Shown: in pieces, positions 26,896 through 40,490 of the stretch
How positions within the stretch are numbered: the first letter of the stretch is position 1
Layout: the number at the start of each line of letters is the position of its first letter
Assembly (NCBI RefSeq): GCF_009914755.1
Contig: NC_060935.1
Direction: 5' to 3' (one strand)
Source of the DNA: the human T2T-CHM13v2.0 reference genome, Homo sapiens
Length of the DNA stretch: 64,000 nucleotides
Program-made: the position numbers and the translations under genes
Notes under the pieces: generated by a model
Database searches by the model: none
What the model was told of the DNA's origin: nothing
The model's input: the letters and a program-made list of their open reading frames with translations, nothing else

Positions 26896-29559
26896 CTTCT
26901 CACCTCTCTCTCCACTCAACTCTCCATTCTCTGAGAGCTGGACATTTGCCAGACCCTGTGCCAGATGCCAGGGAGAAGGAGACAAGTCAGTCAGTCCTGG
27001 TCCTATCTGGAGGAGACACAGGTGTAGAAGGACAGGGGTGGGCAGAGAAAAGGCAGTCCTGCATGGCCCAGGTAATGTTGAGTCAGGGAGGTCTGATTGC
27101 TTCTCACTCTAGCTCTACAAGTCAGGCACCAAAGACACCTCCCTGCTTCCTGGAGGAAGGCCCAGAGCACCAGGCTTTGGGCAGAGGCGGGGATCAGTGT
27201 GAGCATTTCCCGAAAACCTGCTGCTTCCCAGGCACAGCCTTGGGTACCCCTCCAGAACCAGTCTCCTCATCTGCTCCCTGGAGAGGCACCCCTTGGCCTT
27301 GTATGCCACTGATGGCCCCTGTCTGGACCCCAACTAAGAGCACTCCTGCCCATCTTGGGCTGCCCTCTGGATACCTCTGCCCACTCTGGGTCAGGCCCTG
27401 GAATCCCAACCCTGCCCAGCCTGTCTCAGGGTTTGCAGTTTTGTCTAAAGCGCATTCATTCATGGTGACCACTGGCCAGTGGTTATGGCAGTTTCAGGCC
27501 CAATGTGTAGAATTTTATATTCACAAGAGATCTCAGCAATGATGTAGGCATTTTACAATGTAGCCATCTTACAAATGGGGAAACTAAGGCCCGTGCAGGA
27601 AGGTGATGTCAGAACTGGGACCAGGACCCCTGGCACCTGAACTCCCAGGCCTAGGCCTATCAGGCTTGAAACCTGCTTGCTGGAGCTTCAGATCAGCACA
27701 CTTCATTACCCTGTGTAAGACCCCGACTCAGAGCACAAGGTTGGAGCAGGGGTGCAGAGGCACGGATATTGCCCAGGGATGAGCCGAAGCTGGCTCTTAG
27801 GAGCTGCCAGGGCTGACTGTGGGCGCCTCTTTCCAGCTTGCTCAGTGACCTCACGTTGGCAGCTCGGAATGGGCCATTGTGGGGCAATTTACACCACTGA
27901 AATCAGTAAATGCTACCAATCAAGGTGGATATAAGACAGGAGCACGAGAGGGGCCAGGTACAGTGTGGGGGTAGGGGGGTGGGCGGGGGCGGTGTGGAGG
28001 CAGAGGTCAGCTTTGGCAGCTATTGTCAGAACAGCTCCAGAGAGAACATGACTAACTCCTCTCCTTTGCCTGCCGGCGGGGCTCAGGGATTTTAGGAGAC
28101 AGAAGATTCCTGCGCAGCTACAGAGCTCCTGAGCTCTGGGGGCCCCTGCCCCATCCAGGTGGGGAGCAAGGCAGGCCTCTGGGAGTGCCCTCAGTGGGGC
28201 CCTGCCTGAAGGTGCTGAATCCCAGCCCCCCAGGCCCTCCTCTGCTGCTGCTCCGATGGCCCCACCCACCACCGGTGTCCCCACCATCCACCCACTCGCC
28301 ACCTGGGAAATGTACTAAACGTGGTCTGAGGCTGCTCTGAGCCAGGAGCCTCCCTGTGGTGAGGAACTCAGCTCCCAGCCCCAAAGCAGGGGACTTGGGT
28401 CCAGAACAAAGCAGCCAGACCTTCCTGCCTGGCCCCACAGAAAAGGCCGTCATGAGGGTGTCCAGGCTGCTGAGAGCTTGGCCTCCCTGCTCTCCAGCCA
28501 GAGTGGTCCTGGAGCCACTTACCCCAACCTGAAGACCAAGTGCGCCCAGCCCCAATGCAGAACAGTTGCTGAGCTGGATCCCCCCTGCAGGGCATGAGGA
28601 GGCCCCTCCCCTTCTCCACCCTCAGAACCCATCCAACTGCTTTCAGAGGGTCTGAGCGTACCTCCAGCCAGAAAAACCTACCCTCACCTTGGTCTGGGGC
28701 CAAGGTCCAAAGTCCCCAAGTCAGGTGCTTGACGTCATAAAACTGCAAGGGGAAGTTGGCCGTGGCCAGGTCGGAGCACACCTAATTTCGTGCACCTAAT
28801 TTCGCATCACTGAGTACTGGAGAAGGAGGAGTCCAGGCCTGGCCCAGCCAAGCCAGCAGCCCCGGCCATCCCAAGAGACTCATGACCCACTGTGCACCCA
28901 GGAAACATAGCAAGTGTCAGCTTTATGCTTGGCTCTTTGAAATTATATATTTCACAGATGATATCTAAGAAATCTGAATCTCAAAGCTCCGTGACAGAGG
29001 CAGAATCACAAATGCTCATTTGCAGATGGCACAGGCAGAGCTGAGAGTGGATGATCTTGTCATGGGGCTGGCAGGTGGAGAGGCTGGGAGGGAACACGGG
29101 CTTGTCTAACTCATGAGTCTAGGCCCTTTGTGCCTCACTGCCCCCTTTCCCATCAGAGAGCCTCCTCCCCTTTCATGACTCGGCAGGGACACTGCGCTCC
29201 TGGGACCATGTCTCCCCACCACAGCTCTATCACCTGGCCACCTGTGCAACTCACTTCAAGATAAACAGACCAGCACTTCAATTTTCAATTTGGATCCTAC
29301 TACTTGTCCCATAGGTATGCATGAGAACCTATGTCTATCTTTGCTTAGAACTTCTGGTGGGAGTGGGGCCAGGAGCATGTCTCTAAGCCTCTCTTTTTGG
29401 TGTTTGACCTGAGGAACGTGCAGTTCACCTGAGCTCTGCCGTGAGAGCAGTTACGTGCAGAGATCTGCCCATACCTGGCTGGCTGGTTTGTTCACAAAGA
29501 GATCCGGAAACCACTTCTCTCAAGCTTTAGAAGCTTATCCCATTGTTGAAAGGAAAAGC

Positions 29560-30280
29560 TCTTGGACAGTAACAGTGTGATTGACAAAATAATAACTTAC
29601 ATAGACAGGTTGGAAGTTAAGGACATTTCCCAGAATACAGAGCAAGAAGGCAAAGAAAAAAATCTTGAGAAAGAATAAGTGACAAATGGGGAGAACGTAA
29701 ATGGTCTAATAGAGGAAATCCAGAAAGGCTGAACTGAAAGAGGAAGCGATGGAATTGTCAAGGAGGTAATAAAATACCTTCTTGAAGTGGAAGCTGCTTC
29801 AGTCTGGAGGGGTCTCCAGAGCAATGAGCTCAATGTGCAAAGGAAGCGCACACTCACATCCACCATCAGATTTCAGAACACTAAGAAAAAGTAGAAAATA
29901 TGACATTCCTACAAACTTCTAGGGAGGAAAATAAAGGGTCGCTACCTACAGTGGAATGAGAATCAGACAGTGCTATAACTTCTTACTGGCAATTCTCACC
30001 TGCCAGGGATAAACAGGAACATTGAATAATGAGAAAAAGATCAATTCAGAACTGGGAACAGAACCCCCAGACACCTGAACTTCCAGGCCTAGGACCATCA
30101 CCAAGAAGACAAAACAGTCCTGAATGAGTACAAACCTAACATCAGAACTTCAAAATACATGAAGCGAAATCCGAGAGAACTGAAAAGAAAAAATAGACAA
30201 ACACAATAATATTGGAGAATTTCAGCATTCCTCTCTCAAAAATTGACAACAGAGGACAAGTCAGCAAGGCTCTAAGCCAT
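29560..30280 (+). mobile_element. Highly diverged LINE1 (L1M) ORF1/ORF2 fragments
   Basis: A-rich; gaatgagaatcagac..acttct..caa; cctaacatcagaacttcaaaatacatgaagc..aactgaaaag..atagacaa..aataatattggaga.tt. Confidence 0.65.
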
Positions 30281-30864
30281 GAGTAGAGACGGGATGGTGA
30301 TGAAGCAATGCCTGGAGAGTTTTGAAACTGGAGTTCTACAACCTGGAGAACATTTGATAACTAGGGAATTTCCAGACAGGGAGGTTACATTCCAGATACC
30401 TTTTGTTGAAGTGGAGGATGTATCCTGACAGAATAAGGGCAAAGAAAAGAAGCAACTCACGTATCCACTAGCTCAGTGAAGTGAAGTTGCAGGATGATTG
30501 TCGTGTACTGAGAGCTGGAGTTCAAATTGGAGCAGAATGTCAGAGGACTCCAACAAGAAGAGGACAGATTCCAGTGATACATCAGAAAAAGAATGATATT
30601 TTAGTGGTATGCTCAAGAAGCCATAATTTTTCTCCCACGAGAAAAAAAAAGGCAATCAGAAACTCCAGGAAAAACAAAATCTTCATGTGAAAATCATGAT
30701 CCTAATATTAAGCTGAAATGTAGAATTACTCTGAAACACTGATAGAGTGGAAAAAAAACTCATTGGGTTGTGATACTATTAGTACCCTTCTTCTCATAGG
30801 TCTGTAAAGAGGAATTGGAATACTAACCCCATTTGTATTATCATCATAATGTAATACTTCCCAT

Positions 30865-30865
<1 letters not shown>

Positions 30866-30896
<31 letters not shown>

Positions 30897-30992
30897 GTGT
30901 CTATGCTGGTCTCGAATGCCTGGGTTAAAGCGATTCTCCTGCCTTGGCTTCCCAAAGTGCTGAGGTTACAGATGTGAACCACTGTGCTCACC
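30866..30992 (-). mobile_element. Alu left-arm fragment with long poly-T
   Basis: About 30 T, then gctggtctcgaa..gccttggcttcccaaagtgctgaggttacag. Confidence 0.85.
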
Positions 30993-31044
30993 CTCCACTG
31001 TTTTTTAACTTCTGAGTCCAACTTGGAGACAAAACTTAGAACCC

Positions 31045-31101
31045 ATAAATATAAATATAAATATAAATATAAATATAAATATAAATATAAATATAAATAT
31101 A
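31045..31101. repeat. (ATAAAT)n hexanucleotide microsatellite
   Basis: About 9.5 perfect units. Confidence 0.95.
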
Positions 31102-31940
31102 CCAAAGGGTCGAGTGATAGTGTCTAAAATGTATTAAACAAGAGAGAGAAGTTTAAGAATGTTATTTAAAGGTAATCCATTAGCATACTGGCAAGAACTA
31201 TTCAAAATTGGAGGTGAGGGTCAAACTATGAAAGCCTCATTTTTTCCAGCAATGTGTCAAGGATGTTTCACATTTTAAAATTAAGAAATACGGGAGTAAT
31301 CATCACGTTGGGAAGATACCCACCAGAAGAATGAAGCAGACATAATTTAAAAACTTTTTTTTCTGCCAAGTGGGGCTGTGTGGATGAGGCTGGGTCAGAG
31401 TGGGCACATAATAATTTATTTCTACTCTTGGCCCTATCTCTGTAGTTTAATTAATTACTTTCATTACATGCATGCAGTACTTGGATGAAAATTTATGGAG
31501 GGAGGAAAAATGTGAAACTGAGAGTTCACTGAGAATGGATGAGGGGAGGGGTCCCTGGGGCAGCCGGACTGTGGGGTGCTAAGGGGAACAGAGAACATGG
31601 ACAAGAGCCAAGGGGCCAGCCCAGGGAAACAGCAGGAGGACGAGGAGAAGACAGGACTCCTTGACCCTTGTGATGGACTAAAGGAGGGAAGGAGGGAGAA
31701 AGGCAAGGGAGAATGAGGAGGGGGACACTCAGGTCCCCCGTTTAGGCACTGGGAGGGCTGTCCATCACAATAGAGACCACAGAGAAGAGCAGTACTCCCT
31801 GGAGAAATGGCTCACCCAAATGGAGACCTGGTTCCGGCCACCATCTTTACCATGCTGGGAGAGCGCAAAGGAAGAGCTGGGCCATCTGTGGTTGTGATGC
31901 CTTCCTTTGCCTATGCCCAGAGAAATACCTCTCTGTTTCA

Positions 31941-32359
<419 letters not shown>

Positions 32360-33399
32360 CTATGCCTCAAAGAAGCCGCCATGGGGGCTTCCAAATTAAC
32401 TGCGAGGCCCAGCCTTCAGTTGAGAGTAAGGAACAAATGGGGTGTGCTTCCTTCTGTGTCCAGACAGTAGACATACTCAGGGATAAAGCCTTCTTTTCAA
32501 GTCTAAGAAATAAGAAAAAATATATAAAAATACAAAATAATGGCGGAGGAAGAATGAGGGAAATCAATGTTTCTTGCCATTCAGTTCTTACAACCTACAC
32601 ACTGAGGCAGTCTTCTAGAGCGCAGAGTTAGGGTTTCAAAGGAAAGCCAGCTACCCACACACACTGCTCACAACTCAGCACCCCTCTGGATTTATATAGC
32701 ACATGCCTCTTAGGAGCTGCAAGTACTAAACATATTTTCTCATTCATCCTTAACACGAACACAACTGGAGATACAGAATGAGTTGGAAGCAGCTCTACTT
32801 TGCAAACAACAGGAACTGAAGACTCAGGGAGGGGAGGCGAGCTACCCAAGGTTGCATAGTGACTTAGCTGGAAAGCCAGAGAGATAACTTAGGACCGGTG
32901 ATTTCTCAGCGTCTTTAGAACGCTTCAGATAACATGCATATATGCTTCTATTTGCAGGGCCCTTCTCTAGAAAGAGCCTCAGGAACCCAGCAACAGAGAT
33001 TCTCTCTAGGGAGAAGAACTTGGGGACCAGAAGGCAAAGATGGGAGACCTACTCTTCACACTCTATCAATTTCCTGCATATCTTGAATTTTTAAACCAGG
33101 TATATGTATTTCTTATTACTGATTTAGAAAAGATAAAAATTGGGCTGTGAGGCTCGAAAGCCATGAAAATAGGGAGCTGTGGACAGTGGATATTCAATGG
33201 TGAGCAGGCATACTTTGCCATCCTTCTAATTCGCTCTCTAAGAGAAAACTGGTTTTCTCTAAGGGAGAACAAAAAACAGATGCTCAGCACCTTCTTAAAC
33301 CTTTTCCTTGAGTGGCATTAATGGACATGTTCCTTTTGAGCAGACCTTGCTGCCAGTAAGGATGTGCCTCTGGGAGCTCCTCCCGGCAAAAACGAAGAG

Positions 33400-34100
33400 A
33401 AGGTGAGAACTAAGTCCTCCATGCTCTTCCTCACCTCCATGTCCATGCCCCTATCCAATCTAACTCCATCCTACCCCTCAGTTCCATCCACCTCTCTACC
33501 CCACCTCCTCCACCAGCCCCAACCACCATTGTTGCTTGGCCTGAATAATGGCAATGGGCTCCTCACTGGTTTCCATCCATCCTGCCATCTGCTTTCCTCC
33601 AGAAAAGTGATTCAGATGATGTCTCTTCTGCCTAACGCCCTCCAATGCCTCCACTGCAAGTGCGAGAAGACCCAACTCTTTTCATGAAGCACGAGGTCTT
33701 TCTCTGACATTACTGCCTCTAATCTCTTCTAGGCCATGGCTATTCCTGCAGTGTCGAATCTTCTCATCACCCCAGTGCTTCTGCACTTGCTGAACCTTCT
33801 CTTGAGGGGTGATTCCTCCTCAATCTTTGTGTTTCAACTCAAAAGTCACTTCTTCAGGGAGACACTCCCTCCCTGGCATCCCTACATAAAGCCGGCATGA
33901 CCCAACCTCCCAGGATTCTATGACAGCACTCATCTGCTTCATAGCATTAACTACAAAGTGAGATCCTCTGCTTCATTTGTTAACTTTATTGTGTACCTTT
34001 ACTAATTAGACTGTAATCTACTTGAAGTCAAAGAATGTGCTTGTCTTGTTTATATCCTCAGCTCCCAGAATAGTCAGATCTTGATAAATATTCATTAAAC
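33400..34100 (+). mobile_element. LINE2 3' region
   Basis: Pyrimidine-rich; ends tagactgtaa..cttgaagtcaaag..tgtcttgttt..atcctcagc.ccagaatag..ataaatattcatt. Confidence 0.7.
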
Positions 34101-34380
34101 AGATGGACAGATGAATGCAGTGGTTGGGTGGATGGGTGGATGGATGGGTGGGTAGGTAGGTGGATGGACGGGGGAGTGAACAGATAAATGGGTGGATGGA
34201 TGGATGAAGAGATACATATGGATGGAAGGATTCATACATGGATGGATGAATGGATAGATGGATGTGTGGATAGACGGACAGGTGGACAGGTGACTGGGTG
34301 GATAGATAAATAGGTGGATAGATGAGTGATAGAAAGATAAATGGCTGAGTGAGTGGATGGCGGGAAGGATGGATGTATAA
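34100..34380. repeat. Degenerate (GGAT)n simple repeat at the L2 tail
   Basis: ggatggatgggtgg... array. Confidence 0.88.
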
Positions 34381-35445
34381 ATGGAGTCCGTTCAGCCTAA
34401 AGTGAGACCCTGAGTTCTCCCCCATCCCACCAGGTAGATTTCTCTGGAGTATCCCATGATGAGGCTGGGGATTTGGTTAACGAGGAGTGGGAACTTAAGA
34501 TTCCCATTCCCTGAGTGGAGACATGTTTTTAAAAATGACATTGAAATATCTGTAAAGTCCCAAGTAGAAATGGCCCTTAGGGCCTCTGCTGTTTGACCTT
34601 AATTAATGTGGCCATTTCTAGATCCTTCTCTCACTGTTTTCCGGGTGAGTGGAGGGGAATCCCAGGGAGGGAATTGGCTGGAACAGCTGAATATGTTCAC
34701 TAATGAATTGGTGTGTTTCAACATTTGGCTCTCCAGCTCTGAGACTCTGAGCAGTTTTTGACATAAGAGGAGGTTGGAAGGGGAGAAACCTCCTGACTGA
34801 TTCAGAAAATGTCTCCACTGAGTCTCACTTCCCATGGCATTTTCTCTCATTACACTTGCATCGGCAGTGGGGTGGCCTCAGCCCTGTGCTGTCTGCCCAG
34901 ATTGTGACCCCACAGCCTACTGTGGATAATTGGCCCACAGGGCTGGCACTGCACCCAGGTTTCTGCTGCTCATTAGTCTACTTGCAACATGAATGCCAAC
35001 AAGGGTTTGTGAGCTACAAGCTGTTCTGCACCCATGCCCTGGTGACCATGGCCTCCAGATGCTCCTCCTGCTCCATTGGAGAAGCTGGCAGTCAGCCTCT
35101 CACTCCACACCCACTCCAGAGTTATGCCATTCCAGGGTTACAGGGGTGCACAAGACCTACTCATCTCTGTCCACAAGCTCCCATGCTGCCTGCCCTCCTT
35201 CCATGCTGCCTGCTCTCCTTCCACACTGCCCGCTCTCTGCCTGCACTGCCCACCCTCCATCCGTGCTGCCCACCCTCTGTCAGCACTGCCTGTCCCCCTG
35301 TCCACCCTGCCATGCTAATAGGTTCACAGTCTAGCTGAGGCCAGTTCTGCTGGTCCTGGGCAGGGTGGCCTCCCTCAGGCTAACCCTGCACCCGTTATGA
35401 ACCAGCTCAGACAGTCAGGGATGAACAACGATAATACCATCATCC

Positions 35446-35855
35446 TGAATACGTCAGGATTCCACTCATCTGAGGTTCCTAGAGTCATCAAATTCATAGA
35501 GACAGAAAGTAGACAGGTGGGGGCCAGAGTCTGAGGGAGGTGGAGCGGGGAGTTTGCGTTAATGCAGACAGAGTTCCAACTTTGCAAGATGAAAGACCTC
35601 TGGAGCTGGACGGTGGTGTCGGTTGCACAACACAGTGAATGTCTTAATACCACTAGACTAGTGATTCACTTAAAAATGGTCAGAATAGGAAAGTTTATAT
35701 TATGTGTATTCTACCACAGTAAGAAAAAATGGGGGGGTGGGGAAAGAATGAAGTACTGGTGTGTGTCACTGTGTGGATGCACTTTGAAAACATGATGCAG
35801 AGTGGAAGAAGCCAGACACAAAAGACCACGTAGTGGCTGATTCCATCTATGTGCA
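35446..35855 (+). mobile_element. Composite L1M 3'-end fragments; local duplicate of 37398-37808
   Basis: gattccactcatctgaggttcctagagtcatcaaattcatagagacagaaagtaga is an L1MB-type 3' UTR; colinear with the second copy. Confidence 0.85.
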
Positions 35856-37139
35856 TCTCTCCCAACAATGCTTTGGGAGGTGCTGACTGTTACCACAAGA
35901 AACACTGGCCCTCCTCCTCGTCAGTTTCCCTCAACCCAGGCTGGCTTTGGGCAGTACCATCCTCACCGCGGGAGGGTGGGGCCTGAATGCCAGGGCTCTA
36001 CTGCCCACAGATCAGGCCGCATACTCAGGCTCAGATGCTCATTAACTTGGCCTTCCTTTCCCTCCATCAGTGTCCCTCTAGCAGGTGGAATGTAACACCT
36101 GCGTTACCAGGTTGCTGGGAGGCTCAGCTATGAACAGGGCTGTGCTCCATGCAGGGTGGGTGGCGCACGGGAGGAGTGGATAAGCAGGGCTGTTGTGACT
36201 CTTGTTTCTTTCAATGAACCACAGGGTCACATGAGGCCCACAGCTTGTCTGATCCCTCGCCATGGGAGTACTGGAGCTGACTCCTAACTCTGATCAAGGC
36301 TGAAGCTTTTTCACCATTTGCTTAGAAGCTACCAGTTGACCCCAGTGTGGTCTGCATGTTCCTCCTCTCTGAGGTGAGGTCCCAGACCTGGCAGAACAGG
36401 TGTTCAGTACACATGTAAAACAAAAGCCCTTGACTGGACACCAAAACAGGGATGCAGAGTTGGTGGGGATCTTGGAGGTCATCCAGTCCAATCTTCTGTG
36501 ACATTCTGGCAAGAGAATCCTCAGCCCTGCTTGGCTCCTTCTAGTATGGGGAGCTCACTACCTCCTGAGGCAGCCTGAACAGCCACAATAGTTCTGCAAG
36601 TCTTCTCTTGGCTGAACTCCAGCCCATGTCCCTGGTATTTTCTGGCCCTGCTGTTAGCCATGTGTCACACCTTTACTACAACACCCTAGCCAGCTTTGCC
36701 CACAGATGTCTCTCTTCCCAGGCAGGTCCTTCCTCTGCTCCTCTGTGGGGAGACTCAGGCACTATGTATCATTGTGCAGACTCTGCTTGCTATCACAGAT
36801 CCTATCACAGTGTGATAGGCCCACTGACTATGACCACCTGCCCAGGGTCCACTTCTACAGGCAGCCTTCTGCTGCTGCAGAAACAATTCATCTGGCTCAA
36901 ATAAAGGCTCATCAGGAGAAGCTGTGGTCAGTCCCTGACCTGCCTTTAGGGCTGCGTTTGTGGCCAGGCCATGGATCACACTTGGGCTTCAAGGTCACAA
37001 AGTGGGCGAGTGTAGCAAGACCTGGAAAGTCTGTGACATTCCCTGGAGGGGTCTTGGCTCCTCTCCTGGCTATGGCATTCCTTTTACAGCACACCTCATT
37101 TACAAGAGAAGCGGTTGGGACAGGTCAGCATTATAACTG

Positions 37140-38020
37140 AGTCCAATGAGCAATTCTGCTCCTAAGTGCACACACATACTTGCATGCAAATATCAACAGC
37201 AATCAATACCATTCACAACAACCAAAAGGTGGAAATAACCTGTGCTCACTGATGGATGAAGGGATGAGCAAAATGTGGTCCGTCCATACAATGAAACATT
37301 ATTCAATCCTAAAAAAGGGAAGAAAATCCAGACACGCTACAACACGAATGAACCTTGAAGACATTACGCTCAGTGAAAGAAGCCAGTCACAGAAAGATGA
37401 ATACTTCGGGATTCCACTCATCTGAGGTTCCTAGAGTCATCACATTCATAGAGACAGAAAGTAGACAGGTTGGGAGCTGGAGTCTGAGGGAGGTAGAGTG
37501 GGGAGTTTGCATTAATGCAGACAGAGTTCCAACTTTGCAAGACAAAAGAGCTCTGGAGCTGGATGGTGGTGTTGGCTACACAACACTGTGAATGTTCTTA
37601 ATACCACTAAACTAGTGATTCACTAACAAATGGTCGGAATAGGAAACTTCATATTACATGTATTTTACCACAATAAGAAAAAATTGGGGGCGGGGAAGGA
37701 ATGAAGTACTGGTATGTGCCACCATGTGGATAGACTTTGAAAACATGATGCAGCGTGGAAGAGGCCAGACATGAAAGATCACGTAGCGGCTGATTCCATC
37801 TACGCGCAGCACCGAGGCAGGCAGAGCCCACAGACAGAAGCAGGTGGGTGGGTGCGAGGGGCAATGGGAGTGGGAGTGACTGCTAATGGGGTGACAAAAT
37901 GTTTTGGAAGCAGATAGTGGTGATGGTTGCCCAATATCGTAAACGTACTAACTGCCACCTTATTGTACACTTTAAAATGGTAAGTTTTAGGTTATGTACA
38001 TTTTACTTCAATCAAAACAG
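37140..38020 (+). mobile_element. L1MB/L1ME 3' UTR fragments (two adjacent pieces)
   Basis: aaaatgtggtc..ccatacaatgaa..tattca..; gaaccttgaagacattacgctcagtgaaagaagccagtcacagaa; ..tgtacactttaaaatgg. Confidence 0.88.
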
Positions 38021-39066
38021 ACAAACAAAAACAAATCAATCAGCTAACCCAGGTTGGATCCCTCCACAGGCAGGTCTAAGAGTCGAGTGCAGGGGTCTGG
38101 GCTGCTCATCACAGATATCCTGGAGGTCGGGGAAGAACCCAGCGTAGGGCTTCCGGACCCTCCCACCTCTGCAGGAGATGAGTGGGGTCAGCTTCTGAGA
38201 AGGGGCTCCTCAGCCAGCAGGGCCGGGCACAGGACCCTCACATCCCCGGGGCCTGCACCTGCACCTCCTTCTCTTTTCTACCTCACACACTGGCCCTTGT
38301 TGAGCTTCAACATCCAGGAAGAACCCTCTATCTGGGGCTCCCCACGTGGAGGGGCCTTTCCCCACACTCGGGGCCAGCAGGACACCTCCCCTGCCCAGCC
38401 TCAACCTCCCCTGCAGGCACCCCCCAGCCTCAACCTCCCCACAGAGACCCAAGGACTTCCCCACAGCTGGTGACACACAGGTGTGGTTTCTGCAGAAAAA
38501 TCCAACCACGTGCCTGTGCCAGTCACATTGTCAAAGATGCAGGGCTCTTTCCACACATCAGACGAACTCAAACCTGCTGTGCTTAGAAGATCTGGCTACC
38601 TGGTGGCTCGCCTGCCCCCTTCCTTCACAGCCATTCCACCTAAGCAGAAGTGGCAGGAATGGATGAGAACCCGAGGACCACAGAGAAGGCAGAAACCCAG
38701 ACCTGAGGCATCCGAAATACTCCCCCGGGGGATGCTGCTGCCCCAATACTGCCTCAAGGCTCCTGTGGCCCACTGCCGTCATCCTTGACATTTGCATGCT
38801 TTCGCAAAAACAATGCTACCCAGCCCTCTCCCTGGGGCCACCACACAGGTGTGCTCTGGCTGGACACAAACCGAAGGTGGCACCAAGTACACCTCTCAGG
38901 CAGGGGCTCCAGGAGATGGTGGCTTCCATAGTCCTAGCCCGGTAACAGGCACAGGGAGGCAGACACGAGGGGCCTGAAAGCTGCATGCAAGATGGTCCAA
39001 AGCATTTGCAGCACAGACGAACAGCTTTGACCAGAGGGTCCTGGAAGAGAAAGCAGCGCGTCTTAC

Positions 39067-39142
39067 CTGGAAGTGTCGAAGCTGTCATAGGAGCCCACGG
39101 TGTAGTGCCTGAAAAGCTTCTTGCTGCGGTCAGCGCGGGTTT
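39067..39142 (-). CDS. SHANK2: SHANK2 coding exon, SH3-PDZ linker: (E)TRADRSKKLFRHYTVGSYDSFDTS(S)
   Basis: ttctcttccctctctgtacag|AAACCCGC...ACTTCCAG|gtaaga; 76 nt (2 + 24 codons + 2); contains the Shank LFRHYTVGSYDS motif; not represented in the correct frame in the ORF track. Confidence 0.96.
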
Positions 39143-40139
39143 CTGTACAGAGAGGGAAGAGAAACACCATTCAGAAAAGTCATGGTCCCCGAACGCGGAA
39201 CCCACAGCACGTGAGGCTGGTGGGCCCTCTCACCTACTCCCCAAAATGTGAGATGCACTGTCCTGGGGAAGAGTCTGGAGGAAAATGAGGCCTGGTTCTG
39301 GGGCTCAACTTTGTGAAATTTGGGGAATGCATGTGCACCTCAATGCTGGCTACTGAAGAGTCAGGAGCACTACTCCCTAAGGGAGGCAGAGTCCCACAGG
39401 CCTCAGCTCACAGAGGAGGCAGGAGGAAGCAGCCTGCAAAGATGAGAGGGCCAGGCCAGCTCAGACCCCAACAGGGCAGCCCGCTTGGCTCATGGAATCC
39501 ACTAGAACAGCATTCTGCCGTGGTGCTGCTGAGCCTTCCAGCAAAACTGAAAACCTGCAGACAACTGCCATTTGGGAAAGAAAGAACATTTATTGTCATT
39601 TTCCTGATTATAGTTCCTTTCTCCTAAAAAAAAAAAAAAGCACCAAACCCACATGATTAACATTTCTAATTAAGTCCTCTGCTTGCTCCCCTTACTCAGC
39701 AGATTGAGACATAAATTTCATGGGAAATGATATGAGTGATGTAATTAGATTTAATGGATAGCTCAGTGCTGGAGGGAGAAAAAAAACACACACACAACAA
39801 AAAGACATAAAACATAGCAGCTCACGAGTTCCTGTTTACTTTCCTCCCAAACAGGATTTCCTGCATGATCTCCTACCTAAGCCCTGCAAAACATCCAAAG
39901 AAATTATGCAACTGACTTCAGGAAAATGGCCCAAAGTTTAATCTAAACTCTGTAAACAACCTTCTCTGTTGTTAGCCTCCTCCATCCCAAATTCTGAGGT
40001 GAAATCATTTTTTCTTCCACTCAAACCCCAAAATGCACATTTGCAGTTCAAAAGTAAATAAGGGAATTGAGAAAGGTCTCCACACCTTTCATGTGCCCAG
40101 AGGCAGCCAGCTGTTCACCAAAAGCACATGTTCCAAGAA

Positions 40140-40490
40140 CCCTTTCCCTTTTCCAGCAGTGTGGTGTTGCCCTTGAGGGCAGGAAAGGAGGCAGGTGTTG
40201 AGCCCAGGACTACATTTCCCAGCCTCCCTTGAACCCAGATGTGGCCACGTGACTAGTTCTCACCACTGAGATGTGAGCACAAGCAGGGTGGGAAGGGTCC
40301 CTTCCAAGCTTAGGCTTTTTAGAAGCCAGTGTGCTCTCCCGACTCTGTCTTCTTGCTTCTGCCAGCTCAACGCTCAGGCCTCTGAGACCCTGGGGTCAAC
40401 AGCTGGGTCTCTGTGCCCTGGACTCTTACGTAAGCAAGAGTTTCATTTCTACCACATTAGGCTGCAGCCTCGGATTAATTTGACACAGTG
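40140..40490 (+). mobile_element. Old ERVL LTR fragment (LTR16/MLT-like)
   Basis: gactacatttcccagcctcccttg..atgtggccacgtgactagttctcacca..gatgtgagc. Confidence 0.6.

Noticed and set aside
26213-27112. 299-aa and 221-aa Pro/His/Ser-rich ORFs
   Set aside because: Translations of the (CCAT)n array.
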